Source of the DNA: Euglena gracilis
Lineage: Eukaryota
Length of the DNA: 64,000 nucleotides
Reading direction: 5' to 3'
Assembly (NCBI GenBank): GCA_039621445.1
Contig: CP154954.1
Location: 35,077,703 to 35,141,702 of the forward strand
Shown here one piece after another: positions 39,001 through 52,630 of the stretch (positions within the stretch are counted from its first letter, which is position 1; every line of letters begins with the position of its first letter). A program made the translations under genes and the position numbers. The notes under the pieces were generated by a model. It saw only the letters and a program-made list of their open reading frames with translations. It was not told the origin of the DNA and did not search any database.

Positions 39001-39850
39001 TGGTAACCTGGGCTGACCTGGTAAATGTCCCCCGGAATGGTCGAATGCACCCATTTAAATCTGCTCATTTCTTGCAACCAACATTCCCGCTGCATGTTTT
39101 TCTTACCATTAAACCACGACAATCATGAAACCAACGGGTCCCCTGACTTTGGAGGCCTCCTGGAACACCCATTCGGTTACTCGGGGTAAGGCCCAATTTG
39201 GTCCATTTTTACATGGTAACCTGGGCTGACCTGGTAAATGTCCCACGGAATGGTCGAATGCACCCATCTAAATGTGCTCATTTCCTGCAACCAACCTTCC
39301 GGCTGCATGTTTTTCTTACCATTAAACCACGAAAATCATGAAACCAACGGGTCCCCTGACTTTGGAGGCCTCCTGGAACACCCATTCGGTTACTCGGGGT
39401 AAGGCCCAATTTGGTCCATTTTTACATGGTAACCTGGGCTGACCTGGTAAATGTCCCCCGGAATGGTCGAATGCACCCATCTAAATCTGCTCATTTCTTG
39501 CAACCAACATTCCCGCTGCATGTTTTTCTTACCATTAAACCACGACAATCATGAAACCAACGGGTCCTCTGACTTTGGAGGCCTCCTGGAACACCCATTC
39601 GGTTACTCGGAGTAAGGCCCAATTTGGTCCATTTTTACATGGTAACCTGGGCTGACCTGGTAAATGTCCCCCGGAATGGTCGAATGCACCTGCTCATTTC
39701 TTGCAACCAACATTCCCGCGGCATGTTTTTCTTACCATTAAACCACGACAATCATGAAAGCAACGGGTCCCCTGACTTTGGAGGCCTCCTGGAACACCCA
39801 TTCGGTTACTCGGAGTAAGGCCCAATTTGGTCCATTTTTACATGGTAACC
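30042..39850 (+). repeat. 213-bp satellite, block 3b (~46 monomers, more heterogeneous, with a 1495-bp higher-order repeat)
   Basis: Resumes at CATGGTAACC (30042) and ends at CATGGTAACC (39850). The variant CTGACGATTGGAGGCCTGCTGG occurs at ~31463 and ~32958. Confidence 0.99.
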
Positions 39851-42800
39851 ACCAAAGTGTCCCTGGCCAAGGCCACTTTGACCAAGGTGTCCCTGGCCAA
39901 GGCCACTTTGACCAAAGTGTCCCTGGCCAAGGCCACTTTGACGAAAGTGTCCCTGGCCAGGGCCACTTTGACCACGGTGTCCCTGGCCAAGGCCACTTTG
40001 ACCAAAGTGTCCCTGGTCAAGGCCACTTTGACCAAAGTGTCCCTGGCCAAGGCAACTTTGACCAAAGTGTCCCTGGCGAGGGCCACTTTGACCAAAGTGT
40101 CCCTGGCCAAGGCAACTTTGACCAAAGTGTCCCTGGCCAAGGCCACTTTGACCAAAGTGTCCCTGGCCAAGGCCACTTTGGCCAAAGTGTCCCTGGCCAG
40201 GGCCACTTTGACCAAAGTGTCCCTGGCCAAGGCCACTTTGACCAAACTGTCCCTGGCCAAGGCCACTTCGACCAAAGTGTCCCTGGCCAAGGCCACTTTG
40301 ACCAAAGTGTCCCTGGCCAAGGCCACTTTGACCAAAGTGTCCCTGGCCAAGGCCACTTTGACCAAAGTGTCCCTGGCGAAGGCCACTTTGACCAAAGTGT
40401 CCCTGGCCAAGGCCACTTTAACCAAAGTGTCCCTGGCCAAGTCACCTTTGACCAAAGTGTCCCTGGCCAAAGCCACTTTGACCAAAGTGTCCCTGGCCAA
40501 GGCAAATTTGACCAAAGTGTCCCTGGACAAGGCCACTTTGACCAAAGTGTCCCTGGCAAAGGCCACTTTGACCAAAGTGTCCCTGGCCAAGGCCACTTTG
40601 AACAAAGTGTCCCTGGCCAAGGCCACTTTGAACAAAGTGTCCCTGGCCAAGGCCACTTTGACCAAAGTGTCCCTAGCCAAGTCCACTTTGACCAAAGTGT
40701 CCCTGGCCAAGGCCACTTTGACCAAAGGACCCCTGCCCAAGGCCGCTTTGACCAAAGTGTCCCTGGCCAAGGCCGCTTTGACCAAAGTGTCCCTGGCCAA
40801 GGCCACTTTGACCAAAGTGTCCCTGGCCAAGGCCACTTTGACCAAAGGGTCCCTGGCCAAGGCCACTTTGACTAAAGTGTCCCTGGCCAAGGCCACTTTG
40901 ACCAAAGTGTCCCTGGCCAAGGCCACTTTGACCAAAGTGTCCCTGGCCAATCCCACTTTGACCAAAGTGTCCCTGGCCAAGGCCACTTTGACCAAAGTGT
41001 CCCTGGCCAAGGCCACTTTGACCAAAGGATCCCTGGCCAAGGCCACTTTGACCAAAGTGTCCCGGGCCAAGGCCAATTTGACCAAAGTGTCCCTGGACAA
41101 GGCCACTTTGACCAAAGTTCCCTGGCCAAGGCCACTTTGACCAAAGTGTCCCTGGCCAAGGCCATTTAGACCAAAGTGTCCCTGGCCAAGGCCACTTTGA
41201 CCAAAGTTTCCCTGGCCAAGGCCACTTTGACCAAAGTGTCCCTGGCCAGGGCAACTTTGACCAAAGTGTCCCTGGCGAAGGCCAATTTGACCAAAGTGTC
41301 CCTGGCCAAGGCCACTTTGACCAAAGTGTCCCTGGCCAAGGCCACTTTGACCAAAGTGTCCCTGGCCAAGGCCACTTTGAAGAAAGTGTCCCTGGACAAT
41401 GCCGCCTTGACCAAAGTTTCCCTGGCCAAGGCCACTTTGACCAAAGTGTCCCTGGCCAAGGCCACTTTGACCAAAGTGTCCCTGGCCAAGGCCACTTTGA
41501 CCAAAGTGTCCCTGGCCAAGGCCGCTTTGACCAAAGTGTCCCTGGCCAAGGCCACTTTGACCAAAGTGTCCCTGGACAAGGCCACTTTGACCAAAGTGTC
41601 CCTGGCCAAGGCCACTTTGACCAAAGTGTCCCTGGCCAAGGCCACTTTGACCAAAGTGTCCCTGGCCAAGGCCACTTTGACCAAAGTGTCCCTGGCCAAG
41701 GCCACTTTGACCAAAGCGTCCCTGGCCAAGGCCGCTTTGACCAAAGTGTCCCTGGCCAAGGCCACTTTGACCAAAGTGTCCCTGGCCAAGGCCACTTTGA
41801 CCAAAGTGTCCCTGGCCAAGGCCACTTTGACCAAAGCGTCCCTGGCCAAAGCCACTTTGACCAAAGTGTCCCTGGCCAGTCCCACTTTGACCAAAGTGTC
41901 CCTGGCCAAGGCCACTTGGACCAAAGCGTCCCTGGCCAAGGCCGCTTTGACCAAAGTGTCCCTGGCCAAGGCCACTTTGACCAAAGTGTCCCTGGCCAAG
42001 GCCACTTTGACCAAAGTGTCCCTGGCCAAGGCCACTTTGACCAAAGCGTCCCTGGCCAAAGCCACTTTGACCAAAGCGTCCCTGGCCAAAGCCACTTCGA
42101 CCAAAGTGTCCCTGGCCAAGGCCACTTTGACCAAAGGATCCCTGGCCAAGGCCGCTTTGACCAAAGTGTCCCGGGCCAAGGCCAATTTGATCAAAGTGTC
42201 CCTGGACAAGGCCACTTTGACCAAAGTTCCCTGGCCAAGGCCACTTTGACCAAAGTGTCCCTGGCCAAGGCCATTTTGACCAAAGTGTCCCTGGCCAAGG
42301 CCACTTTGACCAAAGTGTTCCTGGCCAAGGCCACTTTGACCAAAGTGTCCCTGGCCAGGGCAACTTTGACCAAAGTGTCCCTGGCGAAGGCCAATTTGAC
42401 CAAAGTGTCCCTGGCCAAGGCCACTTTGACCAAAGTGTCCCTGGCCAAGGCCACTTTGACCAAAGTGTCCCTGGCCAAGGCCACTTTGACCAAAGTGTCC
42501 CTGGCCAAGGCCACTTTGACCAAAGTGTCCCTGACCAAGGGCACTTTGACGAAAGTGTCAATGGCCAAGGCCACTTTGACCAAAGTGTCCCTGGCCAAGG
42601 CCACTTTGACCAAAGGATCCCTGGCCAAGGCCGCTTTTACCAAAGTGTCCCTGGCCAAGGCCACTCTGACCAAAGTGTCCCTGGACAAGGCCACTTTGAC
42701 CAAAGTGTCCCTGGCCAAGGCCGCTTTGACCAAAGTGTCCCTGGCCAAGGCCACTTTGACCAAAGTGTCCCTGGCCAAGGCCACTTTGACCAAAGTGTCC

Positions 42801-44632
42801 CTGGCCAAGGCCACTTTGACCAAAGCGTCCCTGGCCAAGGCTACTTTGACCAAAGGGTCCCTGGCCAAGGCCACTTTGACTAAAGTGTCCCTGGCCAAGG
42901 CCACTTTGACCAAAGTGTCCCTGGCCAAGGCCACTTTGACCAAAGAGTCCCTGGCCAATCCCACTTTGACCAAAGTGTCCCTGGCCAAGGCCACTTTGAC
43001 CAAAGTGTCCCTGGCCAAGGCCACTGTGACCAATGGATCCCTGGCCAAGGCCGCTTTGACCAAAGTGTCCCGGGCCAAGGCCAATTTGACCAAAGTGTCC
43101 CTGGAGAAGGCCACTTTGACCAAAGTTCCCTGGCCAAGGCCACTTTGACCAAAGTGTCCCTGGCCAAGGCCACTTTGACCAAAGTGTCCCTGGCCAGGGC
43201 AACTTTGACCAAAGTGTCCCTGGCGAAGGCCAATTTGACCAAAGTGTCCCTGGCCAAGGCCACTTTGACCAAAGTGTCCCTGGCCAAGGCCACTTTGCCA
43301 AAGTGTCCCTGGCCAAGGCCACTTTGACCAAAGTGTCCCTGGCCAAGGCCACTTTGACCAAAGTGTCCCTGACCAAGGGCACTTTGACCAAAGTGTCCCT
43401 GGCCAAGGCCACTTTGACCAAAGTGTCCCTGGCCAAGGCCACTTTGACCAAAGCGTCCCTGGCCAAGGCCGCTTTGACCAAAGTGTCCCTGGCCAAGGCC
43501 ACTTTGACCAAAGTGTCCCTGGCCAAGGCCACTTTGACCAAAGTGTCCCTGGCCAAGGCCACTTTGACCAAAGCGTCCCTGGCCAAAGCCACTTTGACCA
43601 AAGTGTCCCTGGCCAATCCCACGTTGACCAAAGTGTCCCTAGCCAAGTCCACTTTGACCAAAGTGTCCCTGGCCAAGGCCACTTTGACCAAAGGACCCCT
43701 GCCCAAGGCCGCTTTGACCAAAGTGACAAGGGTACTTTGACCAAATGGCGAAGGCCACTTTGACCAAAGGATCCCTGGCCAAGGCCACTTTGACCAAAGT
43801 GTCCCTGGCCAAGGCCACTTTGACCAAAGTGTCCCTGGCCAAGGCCACTTTGACCAAAGTGTCCCTGGCCAAGGCCACTTTGACCAAAGTGTCCCTGGCC
43901 AAGCCCAATTTGACCAAAGTGTCCCTGGCCAAGGCCACTTTGACCAAAGTGTCCCTGGCCAAGGCCACATTGACCAAAGTGTCCCTGGCCAAGGCCGCTT
44001 TGACCAAAGTGTCCCGGGCCAAGGCCAATTTGACCAAAGTGTCCCTGGACAAGGCCACTTTGACTAAAGTGTCCCTGGCCAAGGCCACTTTGACCAAAGT
44101 GTCCCTGGCCAAGGCCACTTTGACCAAAGTGTCCCTGGCCAAGGCCACTTTGACCAAAGTGTCCCTGGCCAAGGCCACTTTGACCAAAGTGTCCCTGGCC
44201 AATGCCACTTTGACCAAAGTGTCCCTGGCCAAGGCCACTTTGACCAAAGTGTCCCTGGCCAAGGCCACTTTGACCAAAGTGTCCCTGGCCAAGGCCGCTT
44301 TGACCAAAGTGTCCCTGGCCAAGGCCGCTTTGACCAAAGTGTCCCGGGCCAAGGCCACTTTGACCAAAGTGTCCCTGGACAAGGCCACTTTGACTAAAGT
44401 GTCCCTGGCCAAGGCCACTTTGACCAAAGTGTCCCTGGCCAAGGCCACTTTGACCAAAGTGTCCCTGGCCAAGGCCACTTTGACCAAAGTGTCCCTGGCC
44501 AATGCCACTCTGACCAAAGTGTCCCTGGCGAAGGCCACTTTGACCAAAGGATCCCTGGCCAAGGCCACTTTGACCAAAGTGTCCCTGGCCAAGGCCACTT
44601 TGACCAAAGTGTCCCTGGCCAAGGCCACTTTG
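39851..44632 (+). repeat. 30-bp satellite block A (ACCAAAGTGTCCCTGGCCAAGGCCACTTTG)n, ~159 copies
   Basis: Exact 30-bp periodicity starting at 39851. Confidence 0.99.
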
Positions 44633-47600
44633 ACTTTGGTCAAGTTTGCCTTGGCCAGGGACACTTTGGTCAAAGTTGCCTTGGCCAGGGACACTTTGGT
44701 CAAAGTGGCCTTGGCCAGGGACACTTTGGTCTAAGTGGCCTTGGCCAGGGACACTTTGGTCAAAGTGGCCTTGGCCAGGGACACTTTGGTCAAAGTGGCC
44801 TTGTCCAGGGACACTTTGGTCAAATTTGCCTTGGCCAGGGACACTTTGGTCAAAGCGGCCTTGGCCAGGAATCCTTTGGTCAAAGTGGCATTGGCCAGGG
44901 ACACTTTGGTCAAAGTGGCCTTGGCCAGGGACACTTTGGTCAAAGTGGCCTTGGCCAGGGACACTTTGGTCAAAATGGCCTTGGCCAGGGACACTTTGGT
45001 CAAAGCGGCATTGGCCAGGGTTCCATTGGTCAAAGTGGCCTTGGCCAGGGACACTTTGGTCAAAGTGGCATTGGTCAGGGACACTTTGGTCAAAGTGGCC
45101 TTGGCCAGGGACACTTTGGTCAAAGTGGCCTTGGCCAGAGACACTTTGGTCAAAGTGGCATTGGCCAGGGACACTTTGGTCAAAGTGGTCTTGGCCAGGG
45201 ACACTTTGGTCAAAGTGGCCTTGTCCAGGGACACTTTGGTCAAATTCGCCTTGGCCAGGGACACTTTGGTCAAAGTGGCCTTGGCCAGGGACACTTTGGT
45301 CAAAGTGGCCTTGGCCAGGGATCCTTTGGTCAACGTGGCCTTGGCCAGGGACACTTTGGTCAAAGTGGCCTTGGCCAGGGACACTATGGTCAAGGTGGCC
45401 TTGGCCAGGGACACTTTGGTCAAAGTGGCCTTGGCCAGGGACACTTTGGTCAAAGTGGCCTTGGCCAGGGATACTTTGGTCAAAGTGGCCTTGGCCAGGG
45501 ACACTTTGGTCGAAGCGGCCTTGGCCAGGGATCCTTTGGTCAAAGTGGCCTTGGCCAGGGACACTTTGGTCAAAGTGGCCTTGGCCAGGGACACTTTGGT
45601 CAAAGTGGCCTTGGCCAGGGACACTTTGGTCAAAGTGGCCTTGGCCAGGGACACTTTGGTCAAAGTGGCCTTGGCCAGGGACACTTTGGTCAAAGTGGCC
45701 TTGGCCAGGGATACTTTGGTCAAAGTGGCCTTGGCCAGGGACACTTTGGTCGAAGCGGCCTTGGCCAGGGATCCTTTGGTCAAAGTGGCCTTGGCCAGAG
45801 ACACTTTGGTCAAAGTGGCATTGGCTAAGGACACTTTGGTCAAAGTGGCCTTGGCCAGGGACACTTTGGTCAAAGTGGCCTTGGCCAGGGACACTTTGGT
45901 CAAATTTGCCTTGGCCAGGGATACTTTGGTCAAAGTGGCCTTGGCCAGGGACACTTTGGTCGAAGCGGCCTTGGCCAGGGATCCTTTGGTCAAAGTGGCC
46001 TTGGCCAGAGACACTTTGGTCAAAGTGGCATTGGCTAGGGACACTTTGGTCAAAGTGGCCTTGGCCAGGGACACTTTGGTCAAAGTGGCCTTGGCCAGGG
46101 ACACTTTGGTCAAATTTGCCTTGTCCAGGGACACTTTGGTCAAATTTGCCTTGGCCAGGGACACTTTGGTCAAAGCGGCCTTGGCCAGGGATCCTTTGGT
46201 CAAAGTGGCCTTGGCCAGGGACACCTTGGTCAAAGTGGCCTTGGCCAGGGACACTTTGGTCAAAGTGGCCTTGGCCAGGGACACTTTGGTCGAAGCGGCC
46301 TTGGCCAGGGATCCTTTGGTCAAAGTGGCCTTGGCCAGAGACACTTTGGTCAAAGTGGCATTGGCTAGGGACACTTTGGTCAAAGTGGCCTTGGCCAGGG
46401 ACACTTTGGTCAAAGTGGCCTTGGCCAGGGACACTTTGGTCAACGTGGCCTTGTCTAGGGACACTTTGGTCAAATTTGCCTTGGCCAGGGACACTTTGGT
46501 CAAAGCGGCCTTGGCCAGGGATCCTTTGGTCAAAGTGGCCTTGGCCAGGGACACCTTGGTCAAAGTGGCCTTGGCCAGGGACACTTTGGTCAAAGTGGCC
46601 TTGGCCAGGGACACCTTGGTCAAAGTGGCCTTGGCCAGGGACACTTTGGTCAAAGCGGCATAGCCAGGGTTCCATTGGTCAAAGTGGCCTTGGCCAGGGA
46701 CACTTTGGTCAAAGTGGCATTGGCCAGGGACACTTTGGTCAAAGCGGCCTTGGCCAGGGATCCTTTGGTCAAAGTGGCATTGGCCAGGGACACCTTGGTC
46801 AAAGTGGCCTTGGCCAGGGACACTTTGGTCAAAGTGGCCTTGGCCAGGGACACTTTGGTCAAAGTGGCCTTGGCCAGGGACACTTTGGTCAAAGTGGCCT
46901 TGGCCAGGGACACTTTGGTCAAAGTGGCCTTGGCCAGGGACACTTTGGTCAAAGTGGCATTGGTCAGGGACACTTTGGTCAAAGTGGCCTTGGCCAGGGA
47001 CACTTTGGTCAAATTGGCCTTGGCCAGGGATCCTTTGGTCAAAGTGGCCTTGGCCAGAGACACTTTGGTCAAAGTGGCATTGGCCAGGGACACTTTGGTC
47101 AAAGTGGCCTTGGCCAGGGACACTTTGGTCAAAGTGGCCTTGTCCAGGGACACTTTGGTCAAATTCGCCTTGGCCAGGGACACTTTGGTCAAAGTGGCCT
47201 TGGCCAGGGATCCTTTGGTCAACGTGGCCTTGGCCAGGGACACTTTGGTCAAAGTGGTCCTGGCCAGGGACACTATGGTCAAGGTGGCCTTGGACAGGGA
47301 CACTTTGGTCAAAGTGGCCTTGGCCAGGGACACTTTCGTCAAAGTGGCCTTGGCCAGGGATACTTTGGTCAAGGTGGCCTTGGCCAGGGACACTTTGGTC
47401 GAAGCGGCCTTGGCCAGGGATCCTTTGGTCAAAGTGGCCTTGGCCAGAGACACTTTGGTCAAGGTGGCATTGGCTAGGGACACTTTGGTCAAAGTGGCCT
47501 TGGCCAGGCACACTTTGGTCAAATTTGCCTTGTCCAGGGACACTTTGGTCAAATTTGCTTTGGCCAGGGACACTTTGGTCAAAGCGGCTTTTGCCAGGGA

Positions 47601-50600
47601 TCCTTTGGTGAAAGTGGCATTGGCCAGAGACACTTTGGTCAAAGTGGCATTGCTTAGGGACACTTTGGTCAAAGTGGCCTTGGCCAGGGACACTTTGGTC
47701 AAAGTGGCCTTGGCCAGGGACACTTTGGTCAAATTTGCCTTGTCCAGGGACACTTTGGTCAAATTTATCTTGGCCAGGGACACTTTGGTCAAAGCGGCCT
47801 TGGCCAGGGATCCTTTGGTCAAAGTGGCATTGGCCAGAGACACTTTGGTCAAAGTGGTATTGGCCAGGGACACTTTGGTCAAAGTGGCCTTGGCCAGGGA
47901 CACTTTGGTCAAAGTGGCCTTGGCCAGGGACACTTTGGTCAAAGCGGCATTGGCCAGGGTTCCATTGGTCAAAGTGGCCTTGGCCAGGGACACTTTGGTC
48001 AAAGTGGCATTGGTCAGGGACACTTTGGTCAAAGTGGCCTTGGCCAGGGACACTTTGGTCAAAGCGGCCTTGGCCAGGCATCCTTTGGTCAAAGTGGCCT
48101 TGGCCAGAGACACCTTGGTCAAAGTGGCCTTGGCCAGGGACACTTTGGACAAAGTGGCCTTGGCCAGGGACACTTTGGTCAAAGTGGCCTTGGCCAGGGA
48201 CACTTTGGTCAAAGTGGCCTTGGCCAGGGACACTTTGGTCAAAGTGGCCTTGGCCAGGGACACTTTGGTCAAATTGGCCTTGGCCAGGGATCCTTTGGTC
48301 AAAGTGGCCTTGGCCAGAGACACTTTGGTCAAAGTGGCATTGGCCAGGGACACTTTGGTCAAAGTGGCCTTGGCCAGGGACACTTTGGTCAAAGTGGCCT
48401 TGTCCAGGGACACTTTGGTCAAATTCGCCTTGGCCAGGGACACTTTGGTCAAAGTGGCCTTGGCCAGGGATCCTTTGGTCAACGTGGCCTTGGCCAGGGA
48501 CACTTTGGTCAAAGTGGTCCTGGCCAGGGACACTATGGTCAAGGTGGCCTTGGACAGGGACACTTTGGTCAAAGTGGCCTTGGCCAGGGACACTTTCGTC
48601 AAAGTGGCCTTGGCCAGGGATACTTTGGTCAAGGTGGCCTTGGCCAGGGACACTTTGGTCGAAGCGGCCTTGGCCAGGGATCCTTTGGTCAAAGTGGCCT
48701 TGGCCAGAGACACTTTGGTCAAAGTGGCATTGGCTAGGGACACTTTGGTCAAAGTGGCCTTGGCCAGGCACACTTTGGTCAAATTTGCCTTGTCCAGGGA
48801 CACTTTGGTCAAATTTGCCTTGGCCAGGGACACTTTGGTCAAAGCGGCTTTTGCCAGGGATCCTTTGGTGAAAGTGGCATTGGCCAGAGACACTTTGGTC
48901 AAAGTGGCATTGGCTAGGGACACTTTGGTCAAAGTGGCCTTGGCCAGGGACACTTTGGTCAAAGTGGCCTTGGCCAGGGACACTTTGGTCAAATTTGCCT
49001 TGTCCAGGGACACTTTGGTCAAATTTATCTTGGCCAGGGACACTTTGGTCAAAGCGGCCTTGGCCAGGGATCCTTTGGTCAAAGTGGCATTGGCCAGAGA
49101 CACTTTGGTCAAAGTGGTATTGGCCAGGGACACTTTGGTCAAAGTGGCCTTGGCCAGGGACACTTTGGTCAAAGTGGCCTTGGCCAGGGACACTTTGGTC
49201 AAAGTGGCCTTGGCCAGGGACACTTTGGTCAAAGCGGCATTGGCCAGGGTTCCATTGGTCAAAGTGGCCTTGGCCAGGGACACTTTGGTCAAAGTGGCAT
49301 TGGTCAGGGACACTTTGGTCAAAGTGGCCTTGGCCAGGGACACTTTGGTCAAAGCGGCCTTGGCCAGGCATCCTTTGGTCAAAGTGGCCTTGGCCAGAGA
49401 CACTTTGGTCAAAGTGGCATTGGCCAGGGACACTTTGGTCAAAGTGGCCTTGGCCAGGGACACTTTGGTCAAAGTGGCCTTGGCCAGGGACACTTTGGTC
49501 AAAGTGGCCTTGGCCAGGGACACTTTGGTCAACGTGGCCTTGGCCAGGGATCCTTTGGTCAAAGTGGCCTTGGCCAGGGACACTTTGGTCAAAGTGGCCT
49601 TGGCCAGGGACACTTTGGTCAAGGTGGCCTTGGCCAGGGACACTTTGGTCAAAGTGGCCTTGGCCAGGGACACTTTGGTCAAAGTGGCCTTGGCCAGGGA
49701 CACTTTGGCCAAAGTGGCCTTGGCCAGGGACACTTTGGTCGAAGCGGCCTTGGCCAGGGATCCTTTGGTCAAGGTGGCCTTGGCCAGAGACACTTTGGTC
49801 AAAGTGGCATTGGCTAGGGACACTTTGGTCAAAGTGGCCTTGGCCAGGGACACTTTGGTCAAAGTGGCCTTGGCCAGGGACACTTTGGTCAAATTTGCCT
49901 TGTCCAGGGACACTTTGGTCAAATTTGCCTTGGCCAGGGACACTTTGGTCAAAGCGGCCTTGGCCAGGGATCCTTTGGTCAAAGTGGCATTGGCCAGAGA
50001 CACTTTGGTCAAAGTGGCATTGGCCAGGGACACTTTGGTCAAAGTGGCCTTGGCCAGGGAACTTTGGTCAAAGTGGCTTTGGCCAGGGACACTTTGGTCA
50101 AAGTGGCCTTGGCCAGGGACACTTTGGTCAAAGCGGCATTGGCCAGGGATCCTTTGGTCAAAGTGGCCTTGGCCAGAGACACTTTGGTCAAAGTGGCCTT
50201 GACCAGGGACACTTTGGTCAAAGTGGCCTTGGCCAGGGACACTGTGGTCAAAGTGGCCTTGGCCAGGGACACTTTGGTCAAAGTGGCCTTGGCCAGGGAC
50301 ACTTTGGTCAAAGTGGCCTTATCCAGGGACACTTTGGTCAAATTCGCCTTGGCCAGGGACACCTTGGTCAAAGTGGCCTTGGCCAGGGACACCTTGGTCA
50401 AAGTGGCCTTGGCCAGGGACACTTTGGTCAAAGTGGCCTTGGCCAGGGACACTTTGGTCAAAGTTGCCTTGGCCAGGGACACTTTGGTCAAAGTGGCCTT
50501 GGCCAGGGACACTTTGGTCAAAGTGGCCTTGACCAGGGACACTTTGGTCAACGTGGCCTTGGCCAGGGACACTGTGGTCAAAGTGGCCTTGGCCAGGGAC

Positions 50601-52599
50601 ACTTTGGTCAAAGTGGCCTTGGCCAGGGACAGTTTGGTCAAAGTGGCCTTGGCCAGTGACACCTTGGTCAAAGTGGCCTTGGCCAGGGACACTTTGGTCA
50701 AAGTGGTCTTGGCCAGGGACAGTTTGGTCAAATTTGCCTTGGCCAGGGACACTTTGGTCAAAGTGGCCTTGGCCAGGGACACTTTGGTCAACGTGGCCTT
50801 GGCCAGGGACACTTTGGTCAAAGTGGCCTTGGCCAGGGACACTTTGGTCAAAGTGGCCTTGGCCAGGGACACTTTGGTCAAAGTGGCCTTATCCAGGGAC
50901 ACTTTGGTCAAATTCGCCTTGGCCAGGGACACCTTGGTCAAAGTGGCCTTGGCCAGGGACACTTTGGTCAAAGTGGCCTTGGCCAGGGACACTTTGGTCA
51001 AAGTGGCCTTGGCCAGGGACACTTTGGTCAAAGTTGCCTTGGCCAGGGACACTTTGGTCAAAGTGGCCTTGGCCAGGGACACTTTGGTCAAAGTGGCCTT
51101 GACCAGGGACACTTTGGTCAACGTGGCCTTGGCCAGGGACACTTTGGTCAAAGTGGCCTTGGCCAGGGACACTTTGGTCAAAGTGGCCTTGGCCAGGGAC
51201 ACTTTGGTCAAAGTGGCCTTGGCCAGTGACACCTTGGTCAAAGTGGCCTTGGCCAGGGACACTTTGGTCAAAGTGGTCTTGGCCAGGGACAGTTTGGTCA
51301 AATTTGCCTTGGCCAGGGACACTTTGGTCAAAGTGGCCTTGACCAGGGACACTTTGGTCAATGTGGCCTTGGCCAGGGACACTTTGGTCAAAGTGGCCTT
51401 CGCCAGGGACACTTTGGTCAACGTTGCCTTGGCCAGGGACACTTTGGTCAAAGTGGCTTTGGCCAGGGACACTTTGGTCAAAGTGGCCTTTGCCAGGGAC
51501 ACTTTGGTCAAAGTGGCCTTGGCCAGGGACACTTTGGTCAAAGTGGCCTTGGCCAGGGACACTTTGGTCGAAGTGGCCTTGGAAAGGGACAGTTTGGTCA
51601 AAGTGGCCTTGGCCAAGGACACTTTGGTCAAAGTGGCCTTGGCCAGGGACACTTTGGTCAAAGTGGTCTTGGCCAGGGACACTTTGGTCAAAGTGGCCTT
51701 GGCCAGGAACACTTTGGTCAAAGTGGCCTTGGCCAGGGACACTTTGGTCAAAGTGGCCTTGGCCAGGGACACTTTGGTCAACGTGGCCTTGGCCAGGGAC
51801 ACTTTGGTCAAAGTGGCCTTGGCCAGGGACACTTTGGTCAAAGTGGCCTTGGCCAGGGGCACTTCGGTCGAAGTGGCCTTGGCCAGGGACCCTTTGGTCA
51901 AAGTTGCCTTGGCCAGGGACACTTTGGTCAACGTGGCCTTGACCAGGGACACTTTGGTCAAAGTGGCCTTGGCCAGGGACACTTTGGTCAAAGTGGCCTT
52001 GTCCAGGGACACTTTGGTCAAATTTGCCTTGGCCAGGGACACTTTGGTCAATGTGGCCTTGGCCAGGGACACTGTGGTCAAAGTGGCCTTGGCCAGGGAC
52101 ACTTTGGTCAAAGTGGCCTTGGCCAGGACACCTTGGTCAAAGTGGCCTTGGCCAGGGATCCTTTGGTCAAAGTGGCCTTGGCCAGGGACACTTTGGTCAA
52201 AGTGGCATTGGCCAGGGACACTTTGGTCAAAGTGCCCTTGGCCAGGGACACTTTGGTCAAAGTGGCCTTGGCCAGGGACACTTTGGTCAAAGTGGCCTTC
52301 GCCAGGGACACTTTGGTCAAAGTTGCCTTGGCCAGGGACACTTTGGTCAAAGTGGCCTTGGCCAGTGACACCTTGGTCAAAGTGGCCTTGGCCAGGGACA
52401 CTTTGGTCAAAGTGGCCTTGGCCAGGGACAGTTTGGTCAAATTTGCCTTGGCAAGGGACACTTTGGTCAACGTGGCCTTGGCCAGGGACACTTTGGTCAA
52501 AGTGGCCTTGGCCAGGGACAGTTTGGTCAAAGTGGCAAAAACCCACAAAAAAAAAAAAAAAAAAAAAAAGAAAAAAACAGAAAAAAAAAAAAAAAGAAC

Positions 52600-52630
<31 letters not shown>

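Noticed and set aside
1-39850. Repeated ~70-aa ORFs (MSWFNGKKNMQPEG...) as a tandem gene family
   Set aside because: 213 bp is 71 codons. The ORF is open only in monomers with one SNP, the majority allele is a stop, and frameshifts are common.
39760-39900. Derivation of the 30-mer from the 213-mer (shared ACTTTGG, GTCCC, GGCC words)
   Set aside because: Only short, non-collinear word matches; no convincing alignment by eye.
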